Positions 1-12,739 of a DNA stretch of 64,000 nt are shown here, piece after piece. Where the stretch lies: positions 22,459-86,458 of the forward strand of contig RDEW01000032.1 of the NCBI GenBank assembly GCA_011109175.1, written 5' to 3'. Numbering within the stretch: the stretch's first letter is position 1; every line of letters starts with the position of its first letter. The notes under the pieces were generated by a model. It worked only from the letters and a program-made list of their open reading frames with translations. It did no database searches and was not told the origin of the DNA. A program made the position numbers and the translations under genes. The DNA is from Dicyema japonicum (Eukaryota; Animalia; Dicyemida).

Positions 1-339
1 ATCGTCTACATTTGTTGCACATAGTTTCACCTGTGGCCACCGTTTTAGCCTTACTATGTAGCTTTTTATCGAGTTCATCAATTGAATCGATTACTAGATA
101 CTGGAGGAGATAATCCATCAAAACTGGTCTGCATTTCTTCTGGTATTTATGCTCCATCTAAATACTAAACTCGAAGGATAACCTTATATCAACAGAATAT
201 GTAAGATTCGCCTGTAAAAAGCGCGGCATTATTTATATTTACATGCTTCCGTCGCTAAATACTACTTCCTCGAGCTAATTTTGACCCCAACTTCGGTAAA
301 ATGAAGGAAGCTAACGACCATTAAAGAACGCGCGTCATC

Positions 340-500
340 TGAGACAACTAATCAAGTTTATCCAGAAACAGAGTCCTTCATAGTCACACATGCCCATACA
401 GAACCAGCGTAAAGGTAAAAGACGTCCATTCGTGCAGTTTGAAAACCCCTGGAAGAAAAATGATCCTTTTCGTTCCAGTCAGGTAACATGACGCCACTCC
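340..500 (-). mobile_element. Internally deleted copy of the short Ingi/Vingi-headed non-autonomous element
   Basis: The reverse strand reads GAGTGGCGTCATG...CGAAAAGGATCA...AATGGACGTCTTTT, matching the heads at 35751 and 41581. Confidence 0.55.
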
Positions 501-986
501 ATTAGGAAATGGAAGAGAAACAGACAAGAAAAGCAGAAATCTTCAACCTATTAACCTCATAGCAGCACATGGAGCCAATACAGAGCAATAGTTAATCTCA
601 TCTACTCAAATTGTAGAAAATGCTTCCTAATTCTTTTATAATTTTAAAATAACTAAAAATCTAATAAAATCATATTTATTAAAAAAGATATATTCTACAA
701 ATTTTTTCATCCGTCTTTACTTCCTTTTCTACTTCCGCTTTTTCTACTTTTTTTCTATATTAGCTTCCGCTTTTTCTACTTTTTTCTATAATGACCTTCT
801 TTGGCTAATATAAAGTCTGATGACATCGGATCTGATAGTCGTGAGTTCGAATCCGAAAGATGGACTTTTCAACCAAAGTCGATTCTCGTCGACCGGATCC
901 CATCTGTGATGTGATGAGTCTTTGCCACGACACAGTTGTTGAAACGGATATCCCTACTGAATGAGTTTCAGACTAAAAATGTAGAT

Positions 987-1006
987 CAGGGTTTCTCAAA
1001 CTTTTT
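987..1006 (+). mobile_element. hAT/Charlie-like left terminal inverted repeat (partner not found)
   Basis: CAGGGTTTCTCAAACTTTTT is preceded by ATGTAGAT, which fits the nTnTAGAn target preference. Confidence 0.4.
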
Positions 1007-1479
1007 ATGTATCTCATATGCATGCGCTTATTGGGGACCCTCCATCGCATATACAAATAAAAGAAAAATTAAGAAATACAGAACAGGGCGTTCAGAATTA
1101 CAGAGCGATGGACTCGTGGGGAACATGGATCCGGACCGACTCCTCTGTAAGTCCTCATGCGGCTAGATTCCAGAATAACTCAAAGCACCTCTTCAAACAG
1201 TCGACTGATACGTACATCTGTGGGATCGAGAGAAGAACATCGGGCAAAGATGAGGACTTTATTCGAACACAACGGGATCAAGTGATAGTTAGTTTCGATT
1301 TTTGATTGTGGTCTTGGGGTGTTTAAATAAATAAATTAATCAGTCAATTTATTTTAATTATTTTACTGAAAATTGATTCACATAAATATGTCGATCCAAG
1401 CACTGAACGTGTTTATAAGCATTTGTAAGTATATTTTTCTTTGGAAAGTAAATTTAAGTCAATTTATTAAGAAAAAGAG

Positions 1480-1545
1480 AGCAATGGACTGCGTGACTAT
1501 TCCCTCTCAAGAAGGCGAGCGAGATTTGCTCAAATAGCCATTAAG
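1480..1545 (-). mobile_element. CRE-clade retrotransposon, extreme 3' coding remnant
   Basis: Translates to WLFEQISLAFLRGNSHAV, the same C-terminal motif as at 33480 and 44230. Confidence 0.55.
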
Positions 1546-2867
1546 TAAACTATAAAATTCAATCAAATTTTCAATCTTGAGAACTGAGGTAAATTCCACA
1601 TCTGATTGAAGATCTATCAATTCCAATTGCTTAATATAGAAAAAGCCTTTAGTATTCTCATTTTATTTTGCAATCTCAGGCTACTAAGTCCTCTAGATGT
1701 GTGAATGACATAAACGTTTCATGGATAACTGAAAGAATAGAAGAGTTCATCTTAGTTAGGATCAGGGAGTCATTCATATTTAGCTGGCATTTTCATCGTC
1801 TCTTTTCGCGAAATGATAATTCTGGGAGGCTCTTAAATGGTTCTTGAAAAACCAGACTTGCTAAATTCAATGTCTCTTCGTGTAGCCTATTCGGATGTTT
1901 GATATCTGCAGCAACTGAGGTCTTCAGCGTAAGTGAAAAATAACGTATGGATCTTCTAAAATGGAATTTGCTGCGCAATCTTGGGGATCATGAGAAAAAT
2001 TTTCCAGTTGTGGCTTGAGGATAGGACATACAGATCTCAAGAGGATTAGGGTTTTTATGTCTCCATGGTTTGTCTAGGCTCACGAAAAAAAATATGGTAT
2101 CGATCCATCACAAAGCGAATTGATGTACATCAACAACTTAACCTTATGATCAAATAATCACTTGCTTAGCTTGTCACTTAATTTAACTAAATAGAAAAAA
2201 TATTTTTTTATCAGGACTTAGATTCAATCACTCTTATATAAGAAAACTCTTGAGGGTATGATGACTGAATATAGGTAAATTAATCCAGGAAACTATGCTT
2301 TGACATTGAAATTACTTAATTAGGTGACAACTCATCCTTTTCTCGTGATATCTAGTAAATAAATTAAGTTTCTGTTGAAAAGTTTATCTCCACTTGCAAC
2401 CAACTTGATAATTTTTTAGATGGAAAAAAATTCGAAAATAAAAATTGATTAAAAAAGTTTAAAAAAACAATATTTCCATTTGACTTAAGACCACTAACAA
2501 AAAAACGACGGGAGACATTTCTTTGTAGAAAAGATTCTTTTTGGAAGCCACTTGTGTAGATGGCTTATCTTCTTCCGATCCTGTGCTACATAAACTCACT
2601 CAAATTTATTATCGGAAAAATGGATAGTTCATTCTTGAACTGGTCGCAGTCGAAAAATAGAGGTCATTGGAAGGAAAACACTAAACATGCTTAACCGTAT
2701 TGAACCAGTTATCGTAAGAGGAAAAAATAAGTAAGAGAGGAGCAGACTTAATGAGGGCATTAATCGCAGGGTAAATGCGTTTTCAAATCTGGGAGAGGCC
2801 ACCCTTAACTGAAAGGCACTTTAAGCCAGTTATTAACTGTTTTCGTTTTAAAGAATATAGTTTAATT

Positions 2868-4359
2868 CTATTTCAAATAAAACGAAAAAAATTTGTCAAT
2901 AACACCAATTTGAAGATTTTCGTATTTAGTATTTCTCAACATTGATCTATTCGGGAGGATTTTATGAAACAGCATATTCTCATTATCAACCACCGCTATA
3001 TTACAGCTTTCATCCCCAACTGCCTTTAACTGATAAGCCGTAAAATGGAACCGAATCCCATCACAACTAATGCACTGGACATTCACAGGCTCAGGAAGTA
3101 CTCCAGAGACTCCCGCCTTTTTTTAAATAAAAAAGTGAACCCCATATTTTAACCTCGCAAAGTGAAGGCACATAGCGTGTGAATACATCAAAGAGTTTGC
3201 CGACCTTTGATCATGCCGAAGTGTGTCAGCTGAGCAATCAACAAAGATTGTATGTGGCCATAAATCTCTATTTAGACACGTGGACTTGTTGCTTTCCTCT
3301 AAGGCTTTTAGGAGCAAACAACCTTCGTAGCATTTCTTAACAAGATCAATGGTGGGATTCATTGGGTAAACACTAGGAATTGATCCCTCCAAGTAACTCG
3401 AGCCTTTATGGTTTACTCCAAAGAAAACCGACGAGGGAATCAAAGTCCAACTTGAGAGGAGAATGAGAAAACGAGACCCAAGGAAAGTTTGCATTTAATC
3501 TCACCATTGGGGAATCTGAAAAGCTAACTTCAAAGAGAGACCTATTTTGGGAGAGACTTTGTATTCAATGGAAAGATCAAAGTTTTCTACAAGTTGAGGT
3601 TTTGCTGGACTTCCTGAAAGAATAGATAAACTCTGAGAAAGACTCATCAGACTCTGCATAAGAATCTTACTGAAAACTATGAAAAATCCTTACAAAGAAC
3701 GGGTGGCGGGTATTCCAGTCTCGCTTTTGAACTTCCAGACAGGCTGTTTCGGGTCGTGTCGTTTGGGAAGCTGAACATTCGTGGTATCAAAGAGATTTGA
3801 TTTAAAAATGAGATATTTTATTTGGGTTTCCTATCATTAACGGAAATTTCATTACAAGCCGAAAAATTGAAGATAGTTCTTTACATTGGATAGATTTACG
3901 GCAGAGGAGAGTGTTAGTTAAATTTTGAGCCGCAGGTTCTCCTAGAAAATTAAATATTCAAAATTAATAAGCATTTATTTAAAAAAAATAAAAATTATTT
4001 AAGGAGAGCGAATAAACTCCAGAATAACAAAAATAAATTAAAATACCTTCCATGAAAGTTACTGTGTTGTCAAAAATGTATGCATTTTTCATCAGCTTTA
4101 GAGGTGGCGTATCGTCTTTTACAGAAGCCATGTAATGCCTGGTGTATCTGTTATGACTGTGAGTCCATTCGGCGGATGGTGGTGGCTTTTTGTATTTTGC
4201 CTCAATATCTATGTAATCCCCTAAGACTTTTTAATTTTAAGTACCAGGCTTTAGTGACTCTGGAATGACAATTTTTACTGGCATGTTTTTTAGCTTGTAG
4301 TCAAATATTCTACGCCAATCAACCCCAGTAAATAGTCTATCCACAAAACGCCTATCCAT
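2868..4359 (-). CDS. MRPL37: Mitochondrial ribosomal protein mL37 (spliced; internal exon boundaries partly uncertain)
   Basis: The spliced translation has AYIFDNTVTFMEG|EPAAQNLTNTL, QLPKRHDPKQPVWKFKSETGIP, SVYPMNPTIDL, WPHTIFV, ARLKYG and PVNVQCISCDGIRFHFTAYQL, collinear with animal mL37. Introns of 24-25 nt, plus one of 105 nt (3942-4046). Confidence 0.85.
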
Positions 4360-4399
4360 ATGAATAACAATTTATTATTTTTTGAATTCTTTTAATTTG

Positions 4400-4960
4400 T
4401 TTAATTTTATTTTTTATATAAACCAACATCCATCCGAACCTGAAACTTTGGCTTGGAAACTTCCTAAATGGAAGACGAGCACAAGTACTCTGCAACAACA
4501 TCAAATCAAGATCTCGCTATTTCCCAAATGGAGTCCCTCAAGGCTCCCAACTATCACCTCAACTCTTCAATCTCTACATAAACGACATGCCACAAACCTG
4601 TAATGAAAACTGTCTAATCCTTTCCTATGCTGACGATATCATTCTTGCTTCCAAGAACAGAAGCATTCAATCAGCGACTCAGTTGGCTCAACAAATGCTC
4701 GACAACTTGGAACTATGGCTCTCGAAGCGGAGACTTGACACATCAGCAGCAAAGTCCTTTGTCACACTGTTTACCACCTACAAGAGACAGCTCTGTATCG
4801 AACCAAAAGTCTTTATGAAGAACGAAGCTATCTCTATTAACAAAACACCGAAGATTCTGGGAGTAACCTTTGATCAGGGACTCACCTTTATCCGGTATGT
4901 TGAAAACAGAGTAACTTCTGCTCTGAAAAAATAAGAATTATAAAGTGCTCTCAAAAACAC
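4400..4960 (+). mobile_element. Non-LTR retrotransposon RT fragment (Ingi/Vingi-like)
   Basis: Motifs G-PQGSQLSP-LFNLYINDMP, ILSYADDI, KSFVTLFT and PKILGVTFD; frameshifted. Confidence 0.85.
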
Positions 4961-5399
4961 TTAGAGATCAAACTGTGGAAAATCTCAACTTCAGAAATGT
5001 GACCCAGTGCAATGACTTTCTTTAGGACTTATCGACGTTCCTCTGCGTGCGCAACTGTATCGCTTTTTCTGGTTTTTATAGAAACATAGAAAAACGCTCC
5101 CATGGTTCCTCTTGAATTCTTCTAAAAGGAAAGTGAAATTGGAGAGTTGTAAAATAGTGTGGGAAATAAACGTGTAGTTTTCAGTCTGAGTGAATTTATT
5201 TTAATAATAAAAATTATTTTAAAGCAAAATTTATAGTAATTGTTTAAACATAAAAACATAAAGTTATGTTATTTCATCATTATGACTTGCAGCCATTGAG
5301 CACTCAATGGGAATTACCTCATAATCACGAGCCCAATGTTCTGGAAAAGCTATCACGTTATTCTAGGTTTACCATTCTGCTTCTCCAAATACGTCAGAT

Positions 5400-5790
5400 T
5401 AACCTGATAGAATCAGGCTTGCTCGGGGCTAATAATCCCAGACATCTCAACGGAGATCTGCTGGAATACCAGTCGGTCCACAATACCGTGCCACTTTCCC
5501 CTTTTCATATATTAAGCAATGCTCGCTGCAGAACCTCCCGTGAAACGGCAACTTAATTAAATTCCTATTAGAGAAGTGTTCCATGCACGTTGAATCCAAG
5601 CAAGACACCTTCGTCGACTCCATGACATTGTTGTAACGCCATCCGCCTCTGTCAAGACGACGGGTTCCAGAAGGCAAGTAAACCCGGGGTCTTATATAGC
5701 TCTTATGACAATCGCGTTTAACATGGTGTGACGAGGGAATCTCCCAGAGCTCAGTCTGCATAACAGCGGGTGTAGTCCTGTCCAGGTTAA
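5400..5790 (-). mobile_element. Degenerate CRE-clade C-terminal (zinc knuckle/RLE) fragment
   Basis: A frame other than the listed ORF reads GLHPLLCRLSSGRFPRHTMLNAIVIRAI*..LEPVVL..DGVTTMSWSRRRCLAW. Confidence 0.75.
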
Positions 5791-5934
5791 TCATTTAGTT
5801 TAATTAGTTAGTCGATTATGGATGAAGATACCGAAAACAAATAATTATAAAATTAATTACAAAAATAAATTTAAATTAAAAAAATATCTTTTCCAATTTT
5901 GGTTCTCGTTGTTTAATTGAAAATTTTCAAAATA

Positions 5935-6353
5935 ATGTCAGAAATAGGTAAATTGGAAGAAAATGCGTTAAAAAGGAAAGAAAGACTAAAAGAGTAATAA
6001 ATTGAAACTAAAATTAGTCTGAAATTCCGGAATTATCAGCCTAAAGACGAATCCCTTCAAGAATTAGTCCTTCCTAAACCAGTCCTTCCAGAGTGTATTA
6101 ATCGAATTTATTTTAGTCATAAAGGTAGGACAGGAAGCTACGGATTTGAACAATGATTTGGATAAATTGGTAATTTGGATTTATTATTCAAGAATATTCA
6201 AGATTTGGGGCCAAAGTGCAAAGATAACGACCTCAAACGCGATCTCGCTCCTCGTGTTGAATTGCTAGAAAAACAGACTCAAGAAGCTCTGGTGGAAATT
6301 CTAAGTATTTCTTTTACATATTTGTAGGAAATCAACTTAAGACTGACTCATGA
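5935..6353 (+). CDS. CCDC12: CCDC12/Cwf18 spliceosome-associated protein, 5 exons
   Basis: Removing the GT-AG introns 5994-6017, 6095-6116, 6170-6192 and 6305-6327 (24, 22, 23, 23 nt) gives an open frame MSEIGKLEENALKRKERLKDLKFRNYQPKDESL...DLGPKCKDNDLKRDLAPRVELLEKQTQEALVEILRNQLKTDS*. This matches the Cwf18 motifs LEEEAL.RKERL, LRNY.P.D and DLKRDV. Confidence 0.9.
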
Positions 6354-7089
6354 ACTTTGTTGTTTAATTCATTGTAGTATCTTTCTGATTTTTTGATTTC
6401 TAAAAAAGTTACTATCTTTGGCATTGTCTTCAATTACCTTGTTCACCACAAACCGAAAGCGATTCAACAATTCAAACGACTAAAGGGGATCAAACCTTCT
6501 TGGACATAAATACCTGCAGTTTTCTTAATTATGTCCCTTCTAGATGAGCCCCATGTATATCACTCATCATCCTACAAAATCTATAGCATGTACAAAACTC
6601 AGCCTGAGATCTATAATGGGCTGTTTAAAATTGACCTATTTTGATGCCTTGCGGTGAAAGACGAGGATAACCCGATCTCGCTATCGGGCTATCACTTCGA
6701 ATTGCAGATCTTACAATATCTCCAACAATCATTGGACCTTGTGTACTTAACCTTTACAATACTCAAATCCACTTACTGCACGCAAATTTGTAAGATTCCT
6801 ACTGACCTAAAGAACAAGCAAGAAAATATTCTCTCCTTCAAGAAACGAAACCTGAACTGAAAAAAGTCATGATTATGTATCCACCGTGGTTTACAAGCTC
6901 TCAGATCAAACAAAATACTGAGGCGAAAACCTTCTGAGATAACAGCGTTAAAATTGTCGATTCCAAGGACCATCACACTGAGGCCTCCCGCCTACGGTGT
7001 GGCATTTTCCATCTCTGGGTGGAAGAGAATAAATGAAAAGTTTACTCTAAAAATCAAATGTTGCTTAAATTAACTAAAAATAATAATTC

Positions 7090-7940
7090 AGATGAAACCA
7101 TTAGCACCGCTTAGGCAGTACAAAAATTTTATTGGAGTTAAGAACAGTTATACAGTCACTTCTCCAAAACGCCAAATTTGGGAATTCTAAATCCACTATC
7201 GTTGATTTTATCTCAAACTGTAATACTTGTTCTGGATTCAATTTTATGACTACAGTTAAAGAAATTGGAATATTTGTTCTGGATTCAATTCCATGACTAC
7301 AGTTCAAGAAATCTTCATTCAGATAACGGAAAAGAGTTTAAATTTTAGAAGTTTCCCAACTTAACGAAGAATGGAAGATTAAGTCCATTTATGGAAGACC
7401 CAGATATCCTCAGTCTCAAGGTCAATATAACGTTTTAATCAAACGTTGAAACGTTGGTTGGGAAAAACTCTCTTTGCGACTGAATCGCAGAAATGGGTGG
7501 ATGTTTTGGCGAAGAAAGTATAAATATAATATTACTAAACACCGAGATACGGGGAAATCTCCATTTGGATTGTTTATAGCTGTCCAGGCTTAATACTATT
7601 AATACCATCGTTGAAGGCAATGACTCAACTTAAATGATTCATTTTCGTAAGATATTTATGATGAAGTTTCTGAACATAATTCTGATTACAAAATAACAGT
7701 ACTCAAAAATGCCAATTTCAGTTTCAATAGAAAAAATTTAAACATTGGAGATCATGTACGTATCGAAATAGATTTTGATAATAACCCAAATACAAAAAAT
7801 TGCCATTAGATAGTTATTTTTTCGAGAGAAATTTATACTGTTACATTCGGAAATTCTCTTCATACAGTAACTATTAAAGAATGTGAAACAGGTGCCGAGC
7901 AAATAATTTCCAAATCCTGTTTGAAAAAAGTTTCTGATTA
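7090..7940 (+). mobile_element. Degenerate DDE integrase (Ginger/KRAB-A2/SCAND3-type)
   Basis: Motifs FISNCNTC, LHSDNGKEF, YGRPRYPQSQGQ..FNQTLKRW and TGKSPF, and C-terminal GDHVRIEIDFDNN. Confidence 0.75.
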
Positions 7941-8559
7941 ATGAAGTTTTAATAAAACTCGTTTAATTTTTTTGACTATTGCTTAATTTTGTTATAAAAA
8001 ATTTTAAAGGCTTTCGAAAGTCCTGTGCAAATGTTACCACCGCCAGAGTCAAATAATTCACAAGATAAGCAAAAATGTTACATTTATTTGATAATTTTTA
8101 TTATTTTAAAAAGAAAACATGCTTTTTAAATTTTAGTCAACCTAATCAATTTTTATTATTTTATTTCATCAATTAAAAAAGGATTTTTCCACTTTTTATT
8201 TTTTTAATGAAAATTTAGCGTGCATATGTTACCTCCACTAAAGGAATTAGATATATCTGAAGTCAAGTATTAATTATTTTAAATTCTTTAAATGTACAAT
8301 AAAATTTAAAAAAACGTTAAATGCCACGTGTTTCAGTTGAAAATCGTTATAAGATCATATTTTTTATTGAAAATGGGACTTCGATTTCTAAAGTTGCTAG
8401 TACTCTCGGAATAGGTAGAAGTACAGTTCGTGATTTCCATAAGCGCGATATTGAAGGATATGGCTGCACTGATAGACCTAAATTGTGCCGATAAAAATTT
8501 TGTGATTGTCCGTATCAGAAAGTCCCCATGTTCCGGCATTGTAGAGGAGAATAGACTTC

Positions 8560-10090
8560 ATCAGTGAATTGTATAAACGTATCCGCGTTTGTGTAATGAA
8601 TCTTTTACGCTTATGCCAATTTTCTGCGTAGTGCACTGTTTGCATGTGTTTTCCGCATAATTACGTCTCCAATAACGATCCGAGTTTCTTTACTTTTCTC
8701 CAATGTTCATCCAGCTGGGATTTTTGTCTTTCTAGTTAAGTCAATTTTGTTTTCTCTACATTTATATTGAGGAACAACTCGGCAAGTTAATTTGGAATCA
8801 CCTCTAATAGGCTTTTCAGAGCATTCATGTCAAGAGAAATGAAGTCCACGTAATCTGCATAAGCCACCACATCGATTTTTTGCTTCATAGTATGGTTTTG
8901 ACTCCCTCAATGCAGCTTCCAGGTATATGAAAAATAGTATGGGAGATAACGGATCCCCTTGAGGTGTCCCAGATGTTGTTTCAAATGACTCAGAGCACTT
9001 GTCCCGTATCCTGACCGATAGGTATGTTTCTGATAAAAGTACCCCGAACATCTGGGAAGAAGATTCGTCAAGGAATTCTGTGAAGACATCCATCAATTAT
9101 TGACGATTGATTGAATCAAAAGCTCTTGACATATCAATTCCAAGAATGTTTGTCGTGTTTTTGAACTTTGAATAGTGGAACAACGTCATCTATGGCTCCA
9201 CACAATGTCACAAGTCGGCCTTCCTTCTCGAAAGCTGCTGTAGAACTCGGATAAAAATTGATCCGTACGAGGCTTTATCCTTGAGAGTAATAATTGCAAG
9301 CACTTTCCGTATGCTGTTCATAAGAATTACTGGCCTGAGATTCTCCACTTATCCCTTAGCTTTGTTCGTTTTTGGACAGGGACCAGTATTGCTTGTCCAA
9401 AAGGTAAGTGGTTGTTAGTTTTAAACATTCAATTGAAGAGGTCAGCAATAAGGGTATGTATGTTTTCATTTCCATACTTTACTAGCTCTTGTTATAGCCC
9501 GTCTGATTCATGACTTTTGTTGTTTTTAAGCTTAAGACAGGCTTGTCGCATTTCTGCGGGAGATATTTCCACCTCCAATTTCTTGGAATGAACAGTAAAT
9601 GCTGCAATTATGTTGCTGTCTGACTTAAACAATTTCTTGAAGTAACCGCAATTAATTCTGCAGCTTCTGCAGAGTCTGCTATCCATCGGCCATCTTCGTC
9701 GTTCATGATTAGAGGTTGTCTGCGTTTGCACCCACGGAATAATCTGATCGCCTCATAGTACCTTCCATTGTCCTTCAGATCTTCAAGTGCCTTGATCTGT
9801 TCCTCGGTCTCGTTTCTTGACATAGTGGAAACGTTCTTTCAGATTTTCTTCTTGGTATTTGTTCTTTCACAACTAAGCTCCTCTTTGATATGCTTGTATT
9901 CACTGTTTAAGTATTAAAGCCAATAGATTTTTGTTCCTTTACAAAGAGTGATATCTCTGTGATGTGCTGACCATTTCTGTGTCTAGAAGATGTTTGTCCG
10001 CTGCCCCTCGTATTGATTCTTGCAGTTGCTTCCAGATATTGGGGATTTCTTGATTTTGTTTCCAGGCTGCTCAGCTTCATGTCGAAGCAT
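8560..10090 (-). mobile_element. RTE-clade LINE, fragmented RT region
   Basis: Motifs LKNNKSH-SDG, GIDMSRAFDSI, GTPQGDPLSPILFFIYLEAALR and AYADYVDF; homologous to 17549-19792 and 21690-23270. Confidence 0.85.
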
Positions 10091-10292
10091 CTATTGGTGG
10101 GTAATTTTTACTTGACCTAAAAATTTAAAATTTTGACGTTGGATTTGACATAGATTTTATTAATAAGGTCTCAGATACATAGACAACAGATGTGCAGAAA
10201 ATGTAATTATATATAAAAATTTTAACACATTTAATTTAAAAATGCATCTGGGTACATCTGACTTTTTTTAATTTAAGAACTAAATAAATGAT

Positions 10293-11008
10293 GGAGCGTG
10301 GCTGGATGCACTCCCGTCTTCCTCCCTGGGGACCCTATTGGACGATGACTGTATTCGGATTGGAATCGCACAACGCCTGGGAGCTGATGTTTGCGTCGAA
10401 CACCAATGTCGCTGTGGAGGGATCGTCGATGCCAAAGGGCTGCACCCGCTCTCGTGCAAAAGGAGTGCGGGCAGAGCACCCCGTCATGCTGCTATGAACA
10501 ACATTGTCTTGCGAGCTCTTGAAGCGGCAGGCTTCCCGGCAGTATTGGAACCCGTGGGATTGGACGCGAGATGGGAAAAGACCGGATGGGTTAACTATCT
10601 TTCCGTTCACTGAGGGAAAATCGCTCGTATGGGACTGCACTGTTGTGGATTCTTTCTCGAACTCGATGATGCTCAGCTCGGCGCAGTCTGCTGGATCGGC
10701 AGCCGATCTGGCCGAAAAAATCAAGATTAAAAATATGGCGAAATTGGAGACCGCTACCGTTTTGTACCGGGTAGCAATCGAGACGTCTGTGCGGCTGAAG
10801 TATTGCAGCCTCTTTCCTTAAGGAAATAGGGAAAATTGGCCCACCGCAAGAAAGACGTGCGGGAAGCGGTCCGGCTGAGGCAAAGAATTGGTATCGCTGT
10901 TATTCGCGGAAACGCTTACTCCGTGATGTCAGCAGCCGCTCTCCCTCATACTTAATAAATAATATTTTATTGTTAATAAATTTTTGTTTAAAAAAAAAAA
11001 AAAAAAAA
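10293..11008 (+). mobile_element. 5'-truncated CRE-clade insertion with poly(A) and 11-bp target-site duplication
   Basis: CRCGGIVDAKGLHPLSC..RH zinc knuckle and RPDGLTIFPF..GKSLVWDCTVVDS RLE motif. Poly(A) at about 10990-11010. AAATAAATGAT at 10282-10292 and 11009-11019. Confidence 0.9.
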
Positions 11009-11109
11009 AAATAAATGATCTACTAGAATAGTATTCAGAAATGAAAACAGATAATAGAAACAATCATACTCCAGCTGAAGAAAATGGCAATATTTAGTCT
11101 TGTATAACC

Positions 11110-11700
11110 TATCTTCATGTCCCAGGATTTCTGAGTCGCGTCAAAATAATGTTCCTGCAACGTTCCTTATTCCTCTTCCATGTCTATCCATGAATGTTTC
11201 ATCCGGGTCTTTTTGTATTTACACTTTTGCTTTAAGGTCGCCAGCGATGACAGTTGTCGACAAGTGTAAAAAGTTTAGAGTAAACTTCAGAGAGAAAGGA
11301 GTAGAACAAATCTATCTCAGTAGGGTCTTTTCAATCCATCCACTGTGGGGTACGTACACGTTTATTATGGATCGTAAACTCCTAGATGGACGAAGTTTGT
11401 TCATACAAATCTGAAGTACGCAAATTCGGTCGTTTATGCTCCAATAGCAGTGAATCATTAGTCTCAGCTATTTCTTTATCACAAATCCTTGGCCAAAATG
11501 TCTGCTTTCCCTTCGAAATGATAAAATAATAGCCCAATAGTTCCTCTTCTAGCACATAGTGCGGTTTTGTTTCCTACAAGCATCCAACTGTAACTTTGTA
11601 TTTTATCAGATCGTCGCATAGTGCTGTTCTCTTCCATGATTGTGTGAGCCCTCTGACATTAAATGTGAGTAGTGAGAAAGATGAATCCTCGAGTTTCCTG
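11110..11700 (-). mobile_element. RTE-type APE endonuclease remnant, probably the 5' part of the 8560-10090 element
   Basis: Motifs FNVRGL, VGCL*ETK, DPTEIDLFY and GRGIRN; same strand as the neighbouring RT. Confidence 0.7.
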
Positions 11701-11759
11701 TACTTTTCAGACACATTGTAAAGAGCCACGTTACCAACTCAACCAAAATAATCGATTTC

Positions 11760-11820
11760 AGCTATTCCGCCGATGTTTTAGCCAGTCCAAAAATCAGCTG
11801 ATTCGAGAGGGTTTACTGTA
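11760..11820 (-). mobile_element. Tc1/mariner (pogo-like) transposon end
   Basis: The reverse strand reads TA-CAGTAAACCCTCTCGAATCAGC, nearly the same as the end at 32329. Confidence 0.45.
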
Positions 11821-11869
11821 GGTATAAAAGTTGACCTAAAAATGAAATGTTGATTTAATTTGAATTAAT

Positions 11870-12330
11870 AAAAGTGAAGTTCTTGGTAAAGAAGTTATAG
11901 ACACCATCATAGCTAAATGCCTTCCCATTTGGAAGGATCTTTATTGTATCAGTGATTACCTCCTTCGTAAAATCAGAATATGATTTCTCTGATCCAGTCC
12001 CTCTTTTACTAATTAAGAAATTGCTCTCATTTGGTTCTACCTTATTCCATATGTTAGTCCAAAAAGGAAAACATTCCTGCTCATTGAAAATAAGGAACTA
12101 ATTCTTATCATCTCCATTGATATTTCTATAAAATCGTCTTCTATTTAATTCGAAGATAACATGTCTTTTCTAAATCCCTTTTTCGACCCATAAATTCTCA
12201 ATTTTCTCAAAAATCTTGATTTTGTAGCCATCATATGAAGCAAGTCTTTGAATTCTCCCCGCTTCGATTTTTTAAATCAATATACATTTGGAAGTATTCC
12301 GTATTTTTACGTCAAAATGCTTATTCCGTT
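11870..12330 (-). mobile_element. Degenerate R4/NeSL-like non-LTR pre-RT region
   Basis: Translation FELNRRRFY..FWTNIW..IKILPNGKAFSYDGVYNFFTK resembles the FW..IW / P.WKAPG.DGI pattern. Confidence 0.4.
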
Positions 12331-12739
12331 ATTTTTTAAGTATTTTTTTACACGATATTGGAGGAAGCAAGCACTTAAAATTCGTATCGGATTTCGATGT
12401 CGCGAATATTAAATAAAAGCGTTCGTAATCAAAGACAAAGCACTATTTGGAAGTCATTTAAATCTGGATTTGAGACTCAACGAAAACATTGAAGTCTATT
12501 TCGTCTCGACAAACTCGACATACAAACTTGCACGAATATGGAACTAACAAACTTAATCATTAAGGCAATCAAATATTGACTTAAAAAAATTGACTTTAAA
12601 AAATAGTTAAATTGTTGAACCTAAAAATTAAAAGAAGGTTTTTTTTTTCTTAAAACTCAAAATAAGATGAGATTTTATGGTTTCCGAAGTAACAGAATAA
12701 AAATAAAGAGGTATATTTGCAGATTAAATTGACTCGACA

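Noticed and set aside
730-790. About 31-bp pyrimidine-rich tandem duplication
   Set aside because: Two low-complexity copies with no associated feature; ordinary slippage.
5447-5794. 115-aa ORF head-to-head with CCDC12, initially taken as a host gene on a bidirectional promoter
   Set aside because: Another frame on the same strand carries the CRE zinc-knuckle/RLE motifs (GLHPLLC..RH, LEP, DG.T..W..R.LAW), so the ORF is a shadow of a retroelement relic.
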